This document shows positions 10,351 through 19,211 of a DNA stretch of 45,779 bases, piece after piece. Below the pieces are notes generated by a model. It saw nothing but the letters and a program-made list of their open reading frames with translations. It was not told the DNA's origin and ran no database searches. The stretch is from Candidatus Rifleibacteriota bacterium. GTDB taxonomy: Bacteria; Muiribacteriota; Ozemobacteria; Ozemobacterales; Ozemobacteraceae. The position numbers and the translations under genes are program-made. The DNA is taken from the NCBI GenBank assembly GCA_051747585.1, contig JBNJGH010000017.1, forward strand, positions 1 to 45,779, read 5' to 3'. The stretch's first letter is position 1; the number at the start of each line of letters is the position of its first letter.

Positions 10351-11448
10351 ATGTCTCAAGAAACCATAACTAACAAAACCCTTCTAGAAGTTAAGGACCT
10401 GAAGATGTACTTTCCGGTTCTCGGAGGAGTTTTTAAAACAAAAGTTGCAGATGTTAGAGCCGTTGACGGCATTTCATTTGATTTAAAAGAAGGCGAAACC
10501 CTTGGTCTGGTAGGTGAATCCGGTTGCGGAAAATCAACTACGGGCAAATGTATTATTAATCTTACTCAAGCAACTTCCGGGCAAATTTTATTTAATACCA
10601 AGTTGACCGGTGAAATTCCTGTTGTTGGAGTTAAAGAAGGCGGGAGATCGGTAAAGGTTCCTGCTTTTACTCTGCCGACTCCCTTGAAGATCGATGTGGC
10701 TCAGTTGAACAACAATCAAATGAGGCCTTTCCGATCTGAAATACAGATGATATTTCAGGATCCGTATGCTTCACTGAATCCTAGAATGACAGTAAGAGAT
10801 ATCATTCTCGAACCCATGTCAATTCACGAACCTCAGATGTCATTTAATCAAAAAAAGGAAAAGGTAGCCTGGCTTATGGAAAAAGTCGGGTTATCGGCAG
10901 AGCAGTCAATGCGTTATCCCCATGAATTCTCAGGCGGACAACGCCAGCGCATTGGCATTGCCAGGGCGCTGGCTACCAATCCTCGTCTGGTAATTGCAGA
11001 CGAGCCGGTTTCTGCCCTCGATGTGTCTATTCAGGCCCAGGTAATCAATTTGATGCAGGACCTGCAGAAAGAATTCGGCTTAACCTATATTTTCATAGCT
11101 CATGATCTGGCTGTCGTAGAACACATCTCTGATCGAATAGCAGTTATGTATCTTGGTAATATTGTCGAGATTGCCACAACTGAAGAGCTGTTTAAAAACC
11201 CGCTTCATCCATATACCAGGGCTCTTCTTTCTGCAATTCCCAAACCTGAGCCGGTTGTAACCCGGAAAAAACGTATTGTGCTTGAAGGAGATGTTCCAAC
11301 ACCTTTAAACAAGCCCTCTGGCTGCGGTTTTAGAACCAGGTGTCCTATAGCGAGAGATTCTTGTTCTAAATCAGTTCCCGAAACAATAGAGGTCTCGCCG
11401 GGTCATATTGTGGCTTGTCCGTTTCATGGCAATTACGACAGATATTAA
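10351..11448 (+). CDS. oppF: Oligopeptide ABC transporter ATP-binding protein
   Basis: GESGCGKS, FQDPYASLNPR, FSGGQRQR, ADEPVSALD, HPYT, GCGFRTRCP. Confidence 0.92.
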   Translation: MSQETITNKTLLEVKDLKMYFPVLGGVFKTKVADVRAVDGISFDLKEGETLGLVGESGCGKSTTGKCIINLTQATSGQILFNTKLTGEIPVVGVKEGGRSVKVPAFTLPTPLKIDVAQLNNNQMRPFRSEIQMIFQDPYASLNPRMTVRDIILEPMSIHEPQMSFNQKKEKVAWLMEKVGLSAEQSMRYPHEFSGGQRQRIGIARALATNPRLVIADEPVSALDVSIQAQVINLMQDLQKEFGLTYIFIAHDLAVVEHISDRIAVMYLGNIVEIATTEELFKNPLHPYTRALLSAIPKPEPVVTRKKRIVLEGDVPTPLNKPSGCGFRTRCPIARDSCSKSVPETIEVSPGHIVACPFHGNYDRY

Positions 11449-11467
11449 TTCGTAGAGGTAAATTACT

Positions 11468-12181
11468 ATGAGAAAGCTCGAAATAAAATTGCTGTTATCA
11501 CTTATAGTTTTCTTTCTGGCTTCTCATAGTAATGTTTGCCCTGCAATCGCCGACGAGGCATACCCTGCAGGCTTAAGAGAAAAAAACGAATATTTTATTT
11601 ATGCACCCAAAGACCTGGATGCTTCTAAGAATTACCCTCTGCTGGTAACTTTTTCACCTGGTGGAAATGGTAGAGGCCTTATTAGAACATGGCAGAAGCA
11701 TGCAGATAAATATAAGTTTGTCCTTTTTGCCTCAAAGATTGTCAAAAACGGTATGAATGTGCCTCTCTACCTCAAAAGAATAAGAAAACTGATTAAAGAA
11801 CATATCGCTGCAGAATACCCGATTAGCCCGACCTGTGTTATAACAGCCGGAACCTCGGGTGGGGGAATGGCAGCTCATCTTTTTTCATTTTTTTTCCCGG
11901 ATACAATTGCCGGAGTTATTACCAGTGTTGGCTATATTCATGAAAATAGTCTGGAACAAACAGAAAAATACCCGAGAAACAAAGCCTGTGTTTTTTTAAC
12001 CAGTCCCACCGACTTTAACTACAAACTGATGAAAGAAGACAAAAAATACTTAGACAGTCATGATTGGAATACTCTCTGGCTGGAATTCAAAGGAGGGCAC
12101 CGCACTGCTCCTTTTGAAATCCGTGATAAAGCGCTTGAATGGATTCTAACCCAGCCAGAAATAACCGATAAGCTATATTGA
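11468..12181 (+). CDS. Secreted alpha/beta-hydrolase (esterase-like)
   Basis: Signal peptide, YPLLV, nucleophile elbow GTSGG, C-terminal GGH. Confidence 0.7.
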   Translation: MRKLEIKLLLSLIVFFLASHSNVCPAIADEAYPAGLREKNEYFIYAPKDLDASKNYPLLVTFSPGGNGRGLIRTWQKHADKYKFVLFASKIVKNGMNVPLYLKRIRKLIKEHIAAEYPISPTCVITAGTSGGGMAAHLFSFFFPDTIAGVITSVGYIHENSLEQTEKYPRNKACVFLTSPTDFNYKLMKEDKKYLDSHDWNTLWLEFKGGHRTAPFEIRDKALEWILTQPEITDKLY

Positions 12182-12182
12182 T

Positions 12183-14345
12183 TTGGCCAGTTTTTCAAAT
12201 CCAGAAATATATTTTAAAAATTTTAGAATTCAAATAATTTCAGACTGTCTTTTAAGGTTTGAAAAAAAAGATGCTACCGGTTACGAAAATCAGTCTACGT
12301 TTCACGTAGTTTCCCGAGAATTTGATTTTGCCGGTCTAAAGGTTAAATATCAAGCCGGGAGAGTAAAATTTTCAACCAGAAGCATCAGTTTTGAAATCCC
12401 GGTATATGCACAAAATCTTAGTGAAGTAACCTTCAAAGCCGCTGATAAAAAGTTTAAAATTAATAACCCTTCTCTGAAGCCACGGGATATTCCTGAACCT
12501 GGAAATTTACCGAATTACTGGTTGCTTGCCGACTACCCAAGACTAATACCGCCAGAATATGGTGCAACAGCGCCTGACAAAGAAAATGGAGAAGATTTTC
12601 TTTCCGGTTGGCAAATCAGTGACTGTGATCAGGATTTTTATATTTTCTTTCCTGCAGTCGATGGCTACGAAAATTTTCGAAAGAGCCTTCTTAATCTTAC
12701 CGGGCAGATACCATTAATTCCAAGGTATTTACTTGGTTTTATTTACAGTAGATACCATCCATTCAGTGATTCTCAAATTTATGATGTTCTACACAAGCTG
12801 TTACTGCGAAAAATGCCCCCGGATATATTTGTAGTCGATACCGATTGGCGCGAGAATGCGTCTTCTGGCTACGTAGTTAATAAAGAACTTTTTCCCGATT
12901 TGAATACATTTTTTAAAATTATGCACGACAAAAATGTCAGAGTAATGTTTAACGATCATCCCGAGCCTTTTTCCGATTTTGCACTTGCTCCCGAGGAATT
13001 GAAACAACGAGAGGCTGCTCTTGGGAAATTTTTAAAAATGGGTCTTGATTGCTGGTGGTATGACCGCAACTGGAAAGTATCTCTTGATGAACCCGCACCG
13101 GGTCTTGGTAAAGATATATGGGGCATGAGGCTTTATTATGAAATTACTCAGAAGATCAAGCCCGAAACCCGTGCTTTAATCCTTTCAAATGTTCCCGGAA
13201 TCAGGCATGGCTTTAAAACCAGTGCTTCAAATATTACCTCACATCGTTATCCTTTCTGGTGGACAGGCGATGCAGATGCAGAATGGCACAGTTTAAAAAG
13301 AGCCGTAGAAAATGCAGTCAATGAAGGCATTAAATCACTTATGCCCTATGTAAGTGAAGATATTGGAGGTCATTTCGGCCAACCATCAGACGAATTATAT
13401 TCACGTTATTTACAGTTTGCCTGCTTTTCTCCTGTCTTTAGAATACATTGTTCGGCCGGACTAACCAGAGATCCCTGGGATTTTTCTCAAGAAACTCAAA
13501 GGGTTATGGCAAATTATCTTGGGTTGCGGCTAAAACTTCTACCGACAATTTACAATGCAGCTGTTCAGGCAAGCAATGAAGGTCTGCCCTTGTTACGACG
13601 ATGTGATCTTGAATGGCCGTCATACAAAGAAGCTGTTAATTCATATCAGTATTTATTTGGTGAAAATCTTCTTGTTGCTCCGATATTTGAACCGGTAAAA
13701 AAACATAATAATTACCGTGAAGAACATTCTTTAAGAGAAGTCTGGGTTCCGCCTGGTTTGTGGCATGACACCTGGTCGGGTTCGGTTTATCAGGGACCAA
13801 CCCGCAAGCTCTTGCCTTGTCCCGCATGGATTACTCCTTTGTTGGCACGTAACGGATCAGTAATAATTTCTCAGCCGGTTATTGCCAATTCTGCAGAACA
13901 AACATGGCAAAGTTTGATATTAGATGTTTTTGTCCCGGAAAAAAGCATGAATACCAGTTACCAATTGTATGAAGATGACGGTATAACCAATAAATATCTC
14001 GAAGGTGAACAATCTATAACCGATATAGAACTGCATCGAAACTCCATTGAGCTGATAATACGAATTAATCCGCCTCAGGGGAGTTTTAACCATAGCTTTA
14101 AAAAAAGAAACTGGCTGATTAGACTGCATTTTTCTCAATTCTCCAAACTTGGTTCGATCAGCTTAAACAATAATTTCATTTTGCCCGGTGATTACAAATT
14201 TATAAAAAAAATCGAAAGGCCTGCATCATTGCCTTTTATTGCTCGCCCGGGATTTATCGGAAGAGACTCAGGGCAAACCTTCGAAATACCACTTAACGAT
14301 TTTCCTTTGTCAGATACAGCTGAGTTAAGATTAAAAATCGTTTAA
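12183..14345 (+). CDS. Glycoside hydrolase family 31 protein
   Basis: LTGQIPLIPRY, VVDTDW, WWYD nucleophile region, WTGD, DIGGH, FSPVFRIH, YLFGENLLVAP, LYEDDG. Confidence 0.88.
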   Translation: MASFSNPEIYFKNFRIQIISDCLLRFEKKDATGYENQSTFHVVSREFDFAGLKVKYQAGRVKFSTRSISFEIPVYAQNLSEVTFKAADKKFKINNPSLKPRDIPEPGNLPNYWLLADYPRLIPPEYGATAPDKENGEDFLSGWQISDCDQDFYIFFPAVDGYENFRKSLLNLTGQIPLIPRYLLGFIYSRYHPFSDSQIYDVLHKLLLRKMPPDIFVVDTDWRENASSGYVVNKELFPDLNTFFKIMHDKNVRVMFNDHPEPFSDFALAPEELKQREAALGKFLKMGLDCWWYDRNWKVSLDEPAPGLGKDIWGMRLYYEITQKIKPETRALILSNVPGIRHGFKTSASNITSHRYPFWWTGDADAEWHSLKRAVENAVNEGIKSLMPYVSEDIGGHFGQPSDELYSRYLQFACFSPVFRIHCSAGLTRDPWDFSQETQRVMANYLGLRLKLLPTIYNAAVQASNEGLPLLRRCDLEWPSYKEAVNSYQYLFGENLLVAPIFEPVKKHNNYREEHSLREVWVPPGLWHDTWSGSVYQGPTRKLLPCPAWITPLLARNGSVIISQPVIANSAEQTWQSLILDVFVPEKSMNTSYQLYEDDGITNKYLEGEQSITDIELHRNSIELIIRINPPQGSFNHSFKKRNWLIRLHFSQFSKLGSISLNNNFILPGDYKFIKKIERPASLPFIARPGFIGRDSGQTFEIPLNDFPLSDTAELRLKIV

Positions 14346-14370
14346 ATTGCAGGGCAATGGCATAAAAAAA

Positions 14371-14470
14371 ATCGGGTGTCGGGATCGGAATCGGAACTCT
14401 CTTTTAGAAGGCTTCTGGATTGTTTCTTAAAATTTAGATACCGAAAAACGATACCGATACCGAAATTCCG
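14371..14470. repeat. Intergenic inverted arrays of ATCGGN / NCCGAT hexamers
   Basis: atcgggtgtcgggatcggaatcgga (14371-14395) faces gataccgaaaaacgataccgataccga (14437-14463); a related unit lies in reverse at about 45730-45760. Confidence 0.7.
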
Positions 14471-14544
14471 TCAAATATAAAACTGTCTCCATTTGAATTA
14501 ATGAAGGTTCGAGAGATTAAATGCAATAACTCTGGTTTAAAATG

Positions 14545-14573
14545 TTGACCCATAAAGAAATAAAAAATATACT
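14545..14573 (+). promoter_or_regulatory. Sigma70-type promoter
   Basis: TTGACC-17 bp-TATACT; AGGAG Shine-Dalgarno before the ATG at 14608. Confidence 0.7.
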
Positions 14574-14607
14574 GCAGTGAAATCAAAATATCATTTCAGG
14601 AGCGGCT

Positions 14608-15432
14608 ATGAAACCATTATTAGATGTAAAGAAAAACCTGGACACCCCGGCTTTAATTGGAATGGTGCATGTCAAAGCCCTCCCCGGAACTCCTTTTGCA
14701 ACCGAAAGTTTTGACAAAGTTGTAGAAACCGCCGTTAAAGAAGCTGAGCTTTTTATGCTGGCAGGCTTTGATGGTATTATGATTGAAAACATGCACGACA
14801 GACCTTATTTAAAAAACGGGGTGGGGCCTGAAATAGTTGCCTGCATGACCAGAGTAGCAAACGAAATTAAGCAAAAGGTCGGAAAAGATTTTCCCGTAGG
14901 CATTCAAATTTTAGCCGGTGCAAACCTTGAAGCTTTGGCAGTAGCCCACGCAACCGGTTGTGATTTTATAAGAGCTGAAGGTTGTATTTTTGCTCATGTT
15001 GCTGATGAAGGTTTAATAGAGGCATGCGCAGGAGAACTATTCAGAGAAAGAACCAGAATAGGCGCTGAAAGAGTTCGAGTCTGGACGGATGTTCAAAAGA
15101 AGCATTCCTCGCATAGTATCACTTCTGATCTTTCATTAGATGACTGGATTCACGGTGCCGAATTCTTTGGAATCGATGGTGTAATTATAACCGGTTCTGC
15201 AACCGGCAAGTCAGCCAGCTCAAAAGAAGTGGAGCATGCCAAAAAGAATTCTCGAATTCCGATAATAGTAGGTTCTGGCATTAATGCCGACAATGCATCG
15301 GAATATGCTCGAGCAGATGCCTGGATTGTTGGCTCATGGATCAAATATGACGGCTACTGGGAAAACCCACCTGATCCGGAAAGACTCAAAAAGCTTGTAG
15401 CAGCCAGAGATAAATTGCTTAAATCCAAATAA
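14608..15432 (+). CDS. BtpA/SgcQ family TIM-barrel protein
   Basis: IGMVHVKALPGTP, IENMHDRPY, DVQKKH, IITGSATG, VGSG. Confidence 0.9.
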   Translation: MKPLLDVKKNLDTPALIGMVHVKALPGTPFATESFDKVVETAVKEAELFMLAGFDGIMIENMHDRPYLKNGVGPEIVACMTRVANEIKQKVGKDFPVGIQILAGANLEALAVAHATGCDFIRAEGCIFAHVADEGLIEACAGELFRERTRIGAERVRVWTDVQKKHSSHSITSDLSLDDWIHGAEFFGIDGVIITGSATGKSASSKEVEHAKKNSRIPIIVGSGINADNASEYARADAWIVGSWIKYDGYWENPPDPERLKKLVAARDKLLKSK

Positions 15433-15465
15433 ATTTAATCCGTTTGTAACATTTTAAGTTCGAGC

Positions 15466-15496
15466 CGGGTCCCTGAGTTTAATGCTCAGGGACCCG
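15466..15496. terminator. Hairpin between convergent genes, probably a bidirectional terminator
   Basis: Perfect 12-bp stem CGGGTCCCTGAG / CTCAGGGACCCG with a 7-nt loop. Confidence 0.75.
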
Positions 15497-15504
15497 TTTC
15501 AATA

Positions 15505-17658
15505 TCAGTCCATAACCACTGGAGGCGGTTTAACCGGTGGATTGCCCAGATTTTCGAAAACAATCTTATCTGCAATGCCTTTACCTTCGTTAAAAGCTTC
15601 AAGTTCGTTTGCAGGAATGTTTTTGTGTTTGGGAGTTTCTTCGTTTCTTAAATAAACAGTCTGAGTTGGGAAGGCAAATTCAATTTTCAGTTCTTTTGCC
15701 ACCCTGATTATGTCGTTAAAAAGGCGATGCTTTTCACGCAATTCAGTAGACCAGTCGGGTGCTTTAACAAAAGAATAAAGTAAAATTCCCAGACTGGAAT
15801 TGGCAAACTCATTCAAATACACATGATAATAATCTTTTCTGGTATATGGATGTTTCCTGATTAATTCTCTAATAGCCTCGCAGAAAGCATCTATTTTTTC
15901 AGGTGGTGTATCATAGGCAATACCTATTACACAGCTGATTCTGCGATATTGGCGGGCACCATAATTATCGATTGTAGCATTGATCAACTGCGAATTAGGT
16001 ATTGTAATTAATGAGTTATAGAAGGTTCTGATTCTGGTGCTTCTAACCCCCACAGACTCGACTGAGCCATCAGCACTGCCGATTTGAACCCAGTCACCAA
16101 TTTGAAATGGACGATCAATAAGTATTGTTAATGAACCGAATATATTGGCAATGGTATCTTTTGCTGCCAGAGCAAATGCCAGACCACCTATACCAAGACC
16201 GGCAAGTATTTTATCTATATCAAGAGCAAAAATGTCAGCAATAAAAACCAGGCCTATTGCAATCGCAAGAGTCTTTAAAGAGCGAGTGATTAAAGGAACA
16301 AGCAGGTCGTCGAATTTGTTGGGGGTAAGTTCTGCCTTAGCCCTTAAATAGTTGCCAACTACATCCATAAGTCGATATGCAGCCCAGATAGACGCGACGG
16401 CAGTAATTACCTTTACTGTAACGATCAATATCAGCCTTGCCCCTGCTGGCAAACTTAATAAAGATAAACCAATCCACCATGCCCATGTGGCAAAAGCTAT
16501 GCCGGCAGGTTTTAAAAATCTGTTTTCGGTATCCAGATTAATTTTTAACGAATGCCTTTTAAATATTGCGGCAATAGTTCGCTGTAAGAAGCTTACCAGG
16601 AGGTTGCTGAATCCAAGACCGATAAAAACAATGATAAAAATTCCCAGCCATTGCCAGTTTTCCAGGAGGAGAGATCTTTTAAGCAGGCTGGGAAAATTTG
16701 TTTTCATATAGTCTCGAACCCTTACTGCCAGAGGAATGTTTACATGGGTTTCAACTCCGCTTATCAATGGCTTATCTTTAAAAGCATCATAAAGCTCAGG
16801 TAAATCTTCGACGGTTTGGGCCGAAAATTTCCATGCTTCTATGTTGGTATCCGGCTGTTTTACTCTTTCGATAATGATTCGACCGGCTGGATGAGTGAGA
16901 AAAACATAAGGTGGGCCTTGAGTATCGTTAGGTAAGCCAACCAGATCCACATATTTATATCGATCGATTACGAACTTCAACATTGCAATTCGTTCAAGTC
17001 CGATATCTTCTCTAAGGGCTTTTTCAAACCGACTCATATCGAGTGCTCTAACGGCGGGCTCTGCACCATCTTTTTGAATATTTTTCATAGCGGTGAAGAA
17101 ATAATTCATGGTATCACGAGGTGATTTCAAGATTGGATCAATTAAGATGTCTTCAGCTTCTGTATCTGCTTTAGATGCTTCAATCTTTTTTATATATTCG
17201 GGTAATTTGCTTAGAGTCTGGCTGTAATTGAATCTCCAATTACCATCATCATAATGATATAAGACTATATCAATCCCCAGATCATTGCCGACGGGCAATT
17301 TAAAAGTTTTTTCAGCTAGTTTTTCGGGTATAGCGTCAACCTTAAAAGTAAAATAATTTAAAATTTGATAAAGTTGATTGGCTAGTTCAACCCGTTTTAA
17401 TTCCCTTTCTTCTGGCTCCATTTCATCGAGATGAAGCATCTTAAAGGTCATATCAAATTCCTCAAGGTTACCTTTTTCAACTTCATTCATGATTTTCATG
17501 AACTTTCTTACGGTTTCTCTTGGTGATTCCAGACTGAATTTTTCTTCAACCTTTTCTGCTTCGCTTGCCATAGCTGTTTCACTGGCATTTTCTCCCAGAA
17601 TTGGCGTTATTGAAAAAATTATCAATAGAAACACCGATAAAGCATATCTTAAAAGCAT
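15505..17658 (-). CDS. Large MscS-family mechanosensitive channel with duplicated periplasmic domain
   Basis: LAGLGIGGLAFALAAKDT, DRPFQIGDWV, VGVRSTRIRT, IPNS, FAFPTQT; start moved to the ATG at 17658 (GGAGG upstream). Confidence 0.9.
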   Translation of the reverse strand: MLLRYALSVFLLIIFSITPILGENASETAMASEAEKVEEKFSLESPRETVRKFMKIMNEVEKGNLEEFDMTFKMLHLDEMEPEERELKRVELANQLYQILNYFTFKVDAIPEKLAEKTFKLPVGNDLGIDIVLYHYDDGNWRFNYSQTLSKLPEYIKKIEASKADTEAEDILIDPILKSPRDTMNYFFTAMKNIQKDGAEPAVRALDMSRFEKALREDIGLERIAMLKFVIDRYKYVDLVGLPNDTQGPPYVFLTHPAGRIIIERVKQPDTNIEAWKFSAQTVEDLPELYDAFKDKPLISGVETHVNIPLAVRVRDYMKTNFPSLLKRSLLLENWQWLGIFIIVFIGLGFSNLLVSFLQRTIAAIFKRHSLKINLDTENRFLKPAGIAFATWAWWIGLSLLSLPAGARLILIVTVKVITAVASIWAAYRLMDVVGNYLRAKAELTPNKFDDLLVPLITRSLKTLAIAIGLVFIADIFALDIDKILAGLGIGGLAFALAAKDTIANIFGSLTILIDRPFQIGDWVQIGSADGSVESVGVRSTRIRTFYNSLITIPNSQLINATIDNYGARQYRRISCVIGIAYDTPPEKIDAFCEAIRELIRKHPYTRKDYYHVYLNEFANSSLGILLYSFVKAPDWSTELREKHRLFNDIIRVAKELKIEFAFPTQTVYLRNEETPKHKNIPANELEAFNEGKGIADKIVFENLGNPPVKPPPVVMD

Positions 17659-17735
17659 ATTTCCTCCAGAAATTTTCATTTATAACAGCTTAGATTTGCC
17701 CTATAAGAATTGCAACAGAAAAAACTTATAAAAGC

Positions 17736-17953
17736 CAGTAATTATCCATTTAGCAATAATAGAGAGTTTCAAGACATTTTTGTTTTTTATCAAGCATTAA
17801 AATTTAGAATATCAAAGATTGCTTCTTCGCGATGCTCATCGCAATGACAACTTGGGACTGTCATTGCGAGCGAAGCGCTTGTGCTGAGCGGAGCCGAAGT
17901 AAAGCAATCTAAATGTCTTGAAACAGTTATTATAAACAAATGGAGAATTGCTG
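17736..17953. mobile_element. Complete 218-bp miniature inverted-repeat transposable element (MITE-like) with 8-bp target-site duplication
   Basis: Imperfect TIRs CAGTAATTATCCATTT ... AAATGGAGAATTGCTG; ATAAAAGC directly repeated at 17728-17735 and 17954-17961; homologous in reverse orientation to 34274-34453. Confidence 0.85.
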
Positions 17954-18024
17954 ATAAAAGCTTTTAAACTTGCTTAAATAATTGCCTTAAATTAAACTGT
18001 ACTAAACTCTTACTGGCGGGAAAA

Positions 18025-18444
18025 ATGCAAAACAATATTAAAAAAATACGAGCTACCCTAAAACTCATCAAAATTATCGAAGAAAAGTATAAAATTAAAC
18101 CAAATAACGATGTCGATGACCCTCTTCTTTATTGTGGCATAGCTGATTCAGACATAATTGACGACCTGGCTGTCGAAGTAGAAAAATATTTTGGCAAGCC
18201 ATATAAACCTGCGGGGCAGGGCGCTTTCTTCAAGAATTTTTTCGACTCCTTTATCAAAGAAGTGGGAGGCACACGAAAGGAACAAACTCTTTATCAACTC
18301 AAAATCGATGAAGGTATTTACATGTATTGTGCATTCTGGCCATGGGGCAGTAACCCCGTAAAAACCTCGGTGCGAATTGGTTTGGTTTGTTACGGAGCTG
18401 ATGAAAGAAACGAATACAGTCGCAAGCTGGCAAGAGAATTTTAA
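18025..18444 (+). CDS. Hypothetical protein
   Basis: 139-aa ORF with GGCGGG upstream; conserved-looking GGTRKEQTLY and AFWPWG motifs; no family recognised. Confidence 0.75.
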   Translation: MQNNIKKIRATLKLIKIIEEKYKIKPNNDVDDPLLYCGIADSDIIDDLAVEVEKYFGKPYKPAGQGAFFKNFFDSFIKEVGGTRKEQTLYQLKIDEGIYMYCAFWPWGSNPVKTSVRIGLVCYGADERNEYSRKLAREF

Positions 18445-18467
18445 ATTTTTGCAAAGAGAGAATTTTT

Positions 18468-18881
18468 ATGACTGCTTTTACAAAACAACACTTTTTTCTT
18501 ATCGAGACAGCAAAAAAACACATCGCCCAGAACTTCAAAAAAGGCAAACACCAGCTTGCTGCTGCTCTTAAAACCAAATCAGGCAAAATTTATACGGGCG
18601 TACAGCTCAAAACCTCGGTTAACAAAAATGAAATATGTGCAGAAGCGGCTGCAATTGCTAACGCTGCCAACGCGGGAGATACTGACATCGATGCCATAGT
18701 ATTGGTAAACAGAAACGGTCAAATTCTTTCACCCTGTGGTGCATGCCGCGAACTTATTCTCGATTATTCTCCCAAAGCAGAAATTATTGTAAATGGCTCG
18801 AGCGGCGGTAAACTTGTTAAAGTTTGCCAAATTCTTCCACTTCGCTCAAGCTCAAAAAATAATCATAATAGCTGTGAATAA
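18468..18881 (+). CDS. Cytidine deaminase family protein, blasticidin-S-deaminase-like
   Basis: Zn motifs CAE and SPCGACRELILDY; KHQLAAALKTKSG N-terminal strand. Confidence 0.85.
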   Translation: MTAFTKQHFFLIETAKKHIAQNFKKGKHQLAAALKTKSGKIYTGVQLKTSVNKNEICAEAAAIANAANAGDTDIDAIVLVNRNGQILSPCGACRELILDYSPKAEIIVNGSSGGKLVKVCQILPLRSSSKNNHNSCE

Positions 18882-19152
18882 TAATAACCCGGTAGAAATA
18901 CCAGTAGACGGAACCCTTGATTTGCATAACTTCCGACCGGCAGAAGTTAAAAATCTCGTTATCGATTATTTACAGGAATGCAGGAACAAGAACATTTTCA
19001 GTGTTCGTATTATTCATGGCAAGGGCATTGGCAACCTCAGACGAACCGTGCATTCTACTCTCAAGAAGTTAACATGGGTAGAAAGTTTTGAACTTGCAGG
19101 ACCTGACCGGGGGCATTGGGGAGCTACGATCGTAAAGTTAAAAGAACTTTAA
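18874..19152 (+). CDS. Stand-alone Smr/MutS2 C-terminal domain protein
   Basis: LDLH and VRIIHGKG motifs, GHWGATIV; GTG at 18874 taken as start. Confidence 0.88.
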   Translation: MNNNNPVEIPVDGTLDLHNFRPAEVKNLVIDYLQECRNKNIFSVRIIHGKGIGNLRRTVHSTLKKLTWVESFELAGPDRGHWGATIVKLKEL

Positions 19153-19211
19153 AATTTGTTTCCAGCAGAGACGATACATAAATTAAATCAAATTATTTAG
19201 TTGAGGCCGAC

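Noticed and set aside
17816..17910. Structured GC-richer intergenic segment considered as tRNA, riboswitch or CRISPR repeat
   Set aside because: No cloverleaf, T-loop or repeat-spacer periodicity; it is fully explained as nested palindromes of the repeated element.
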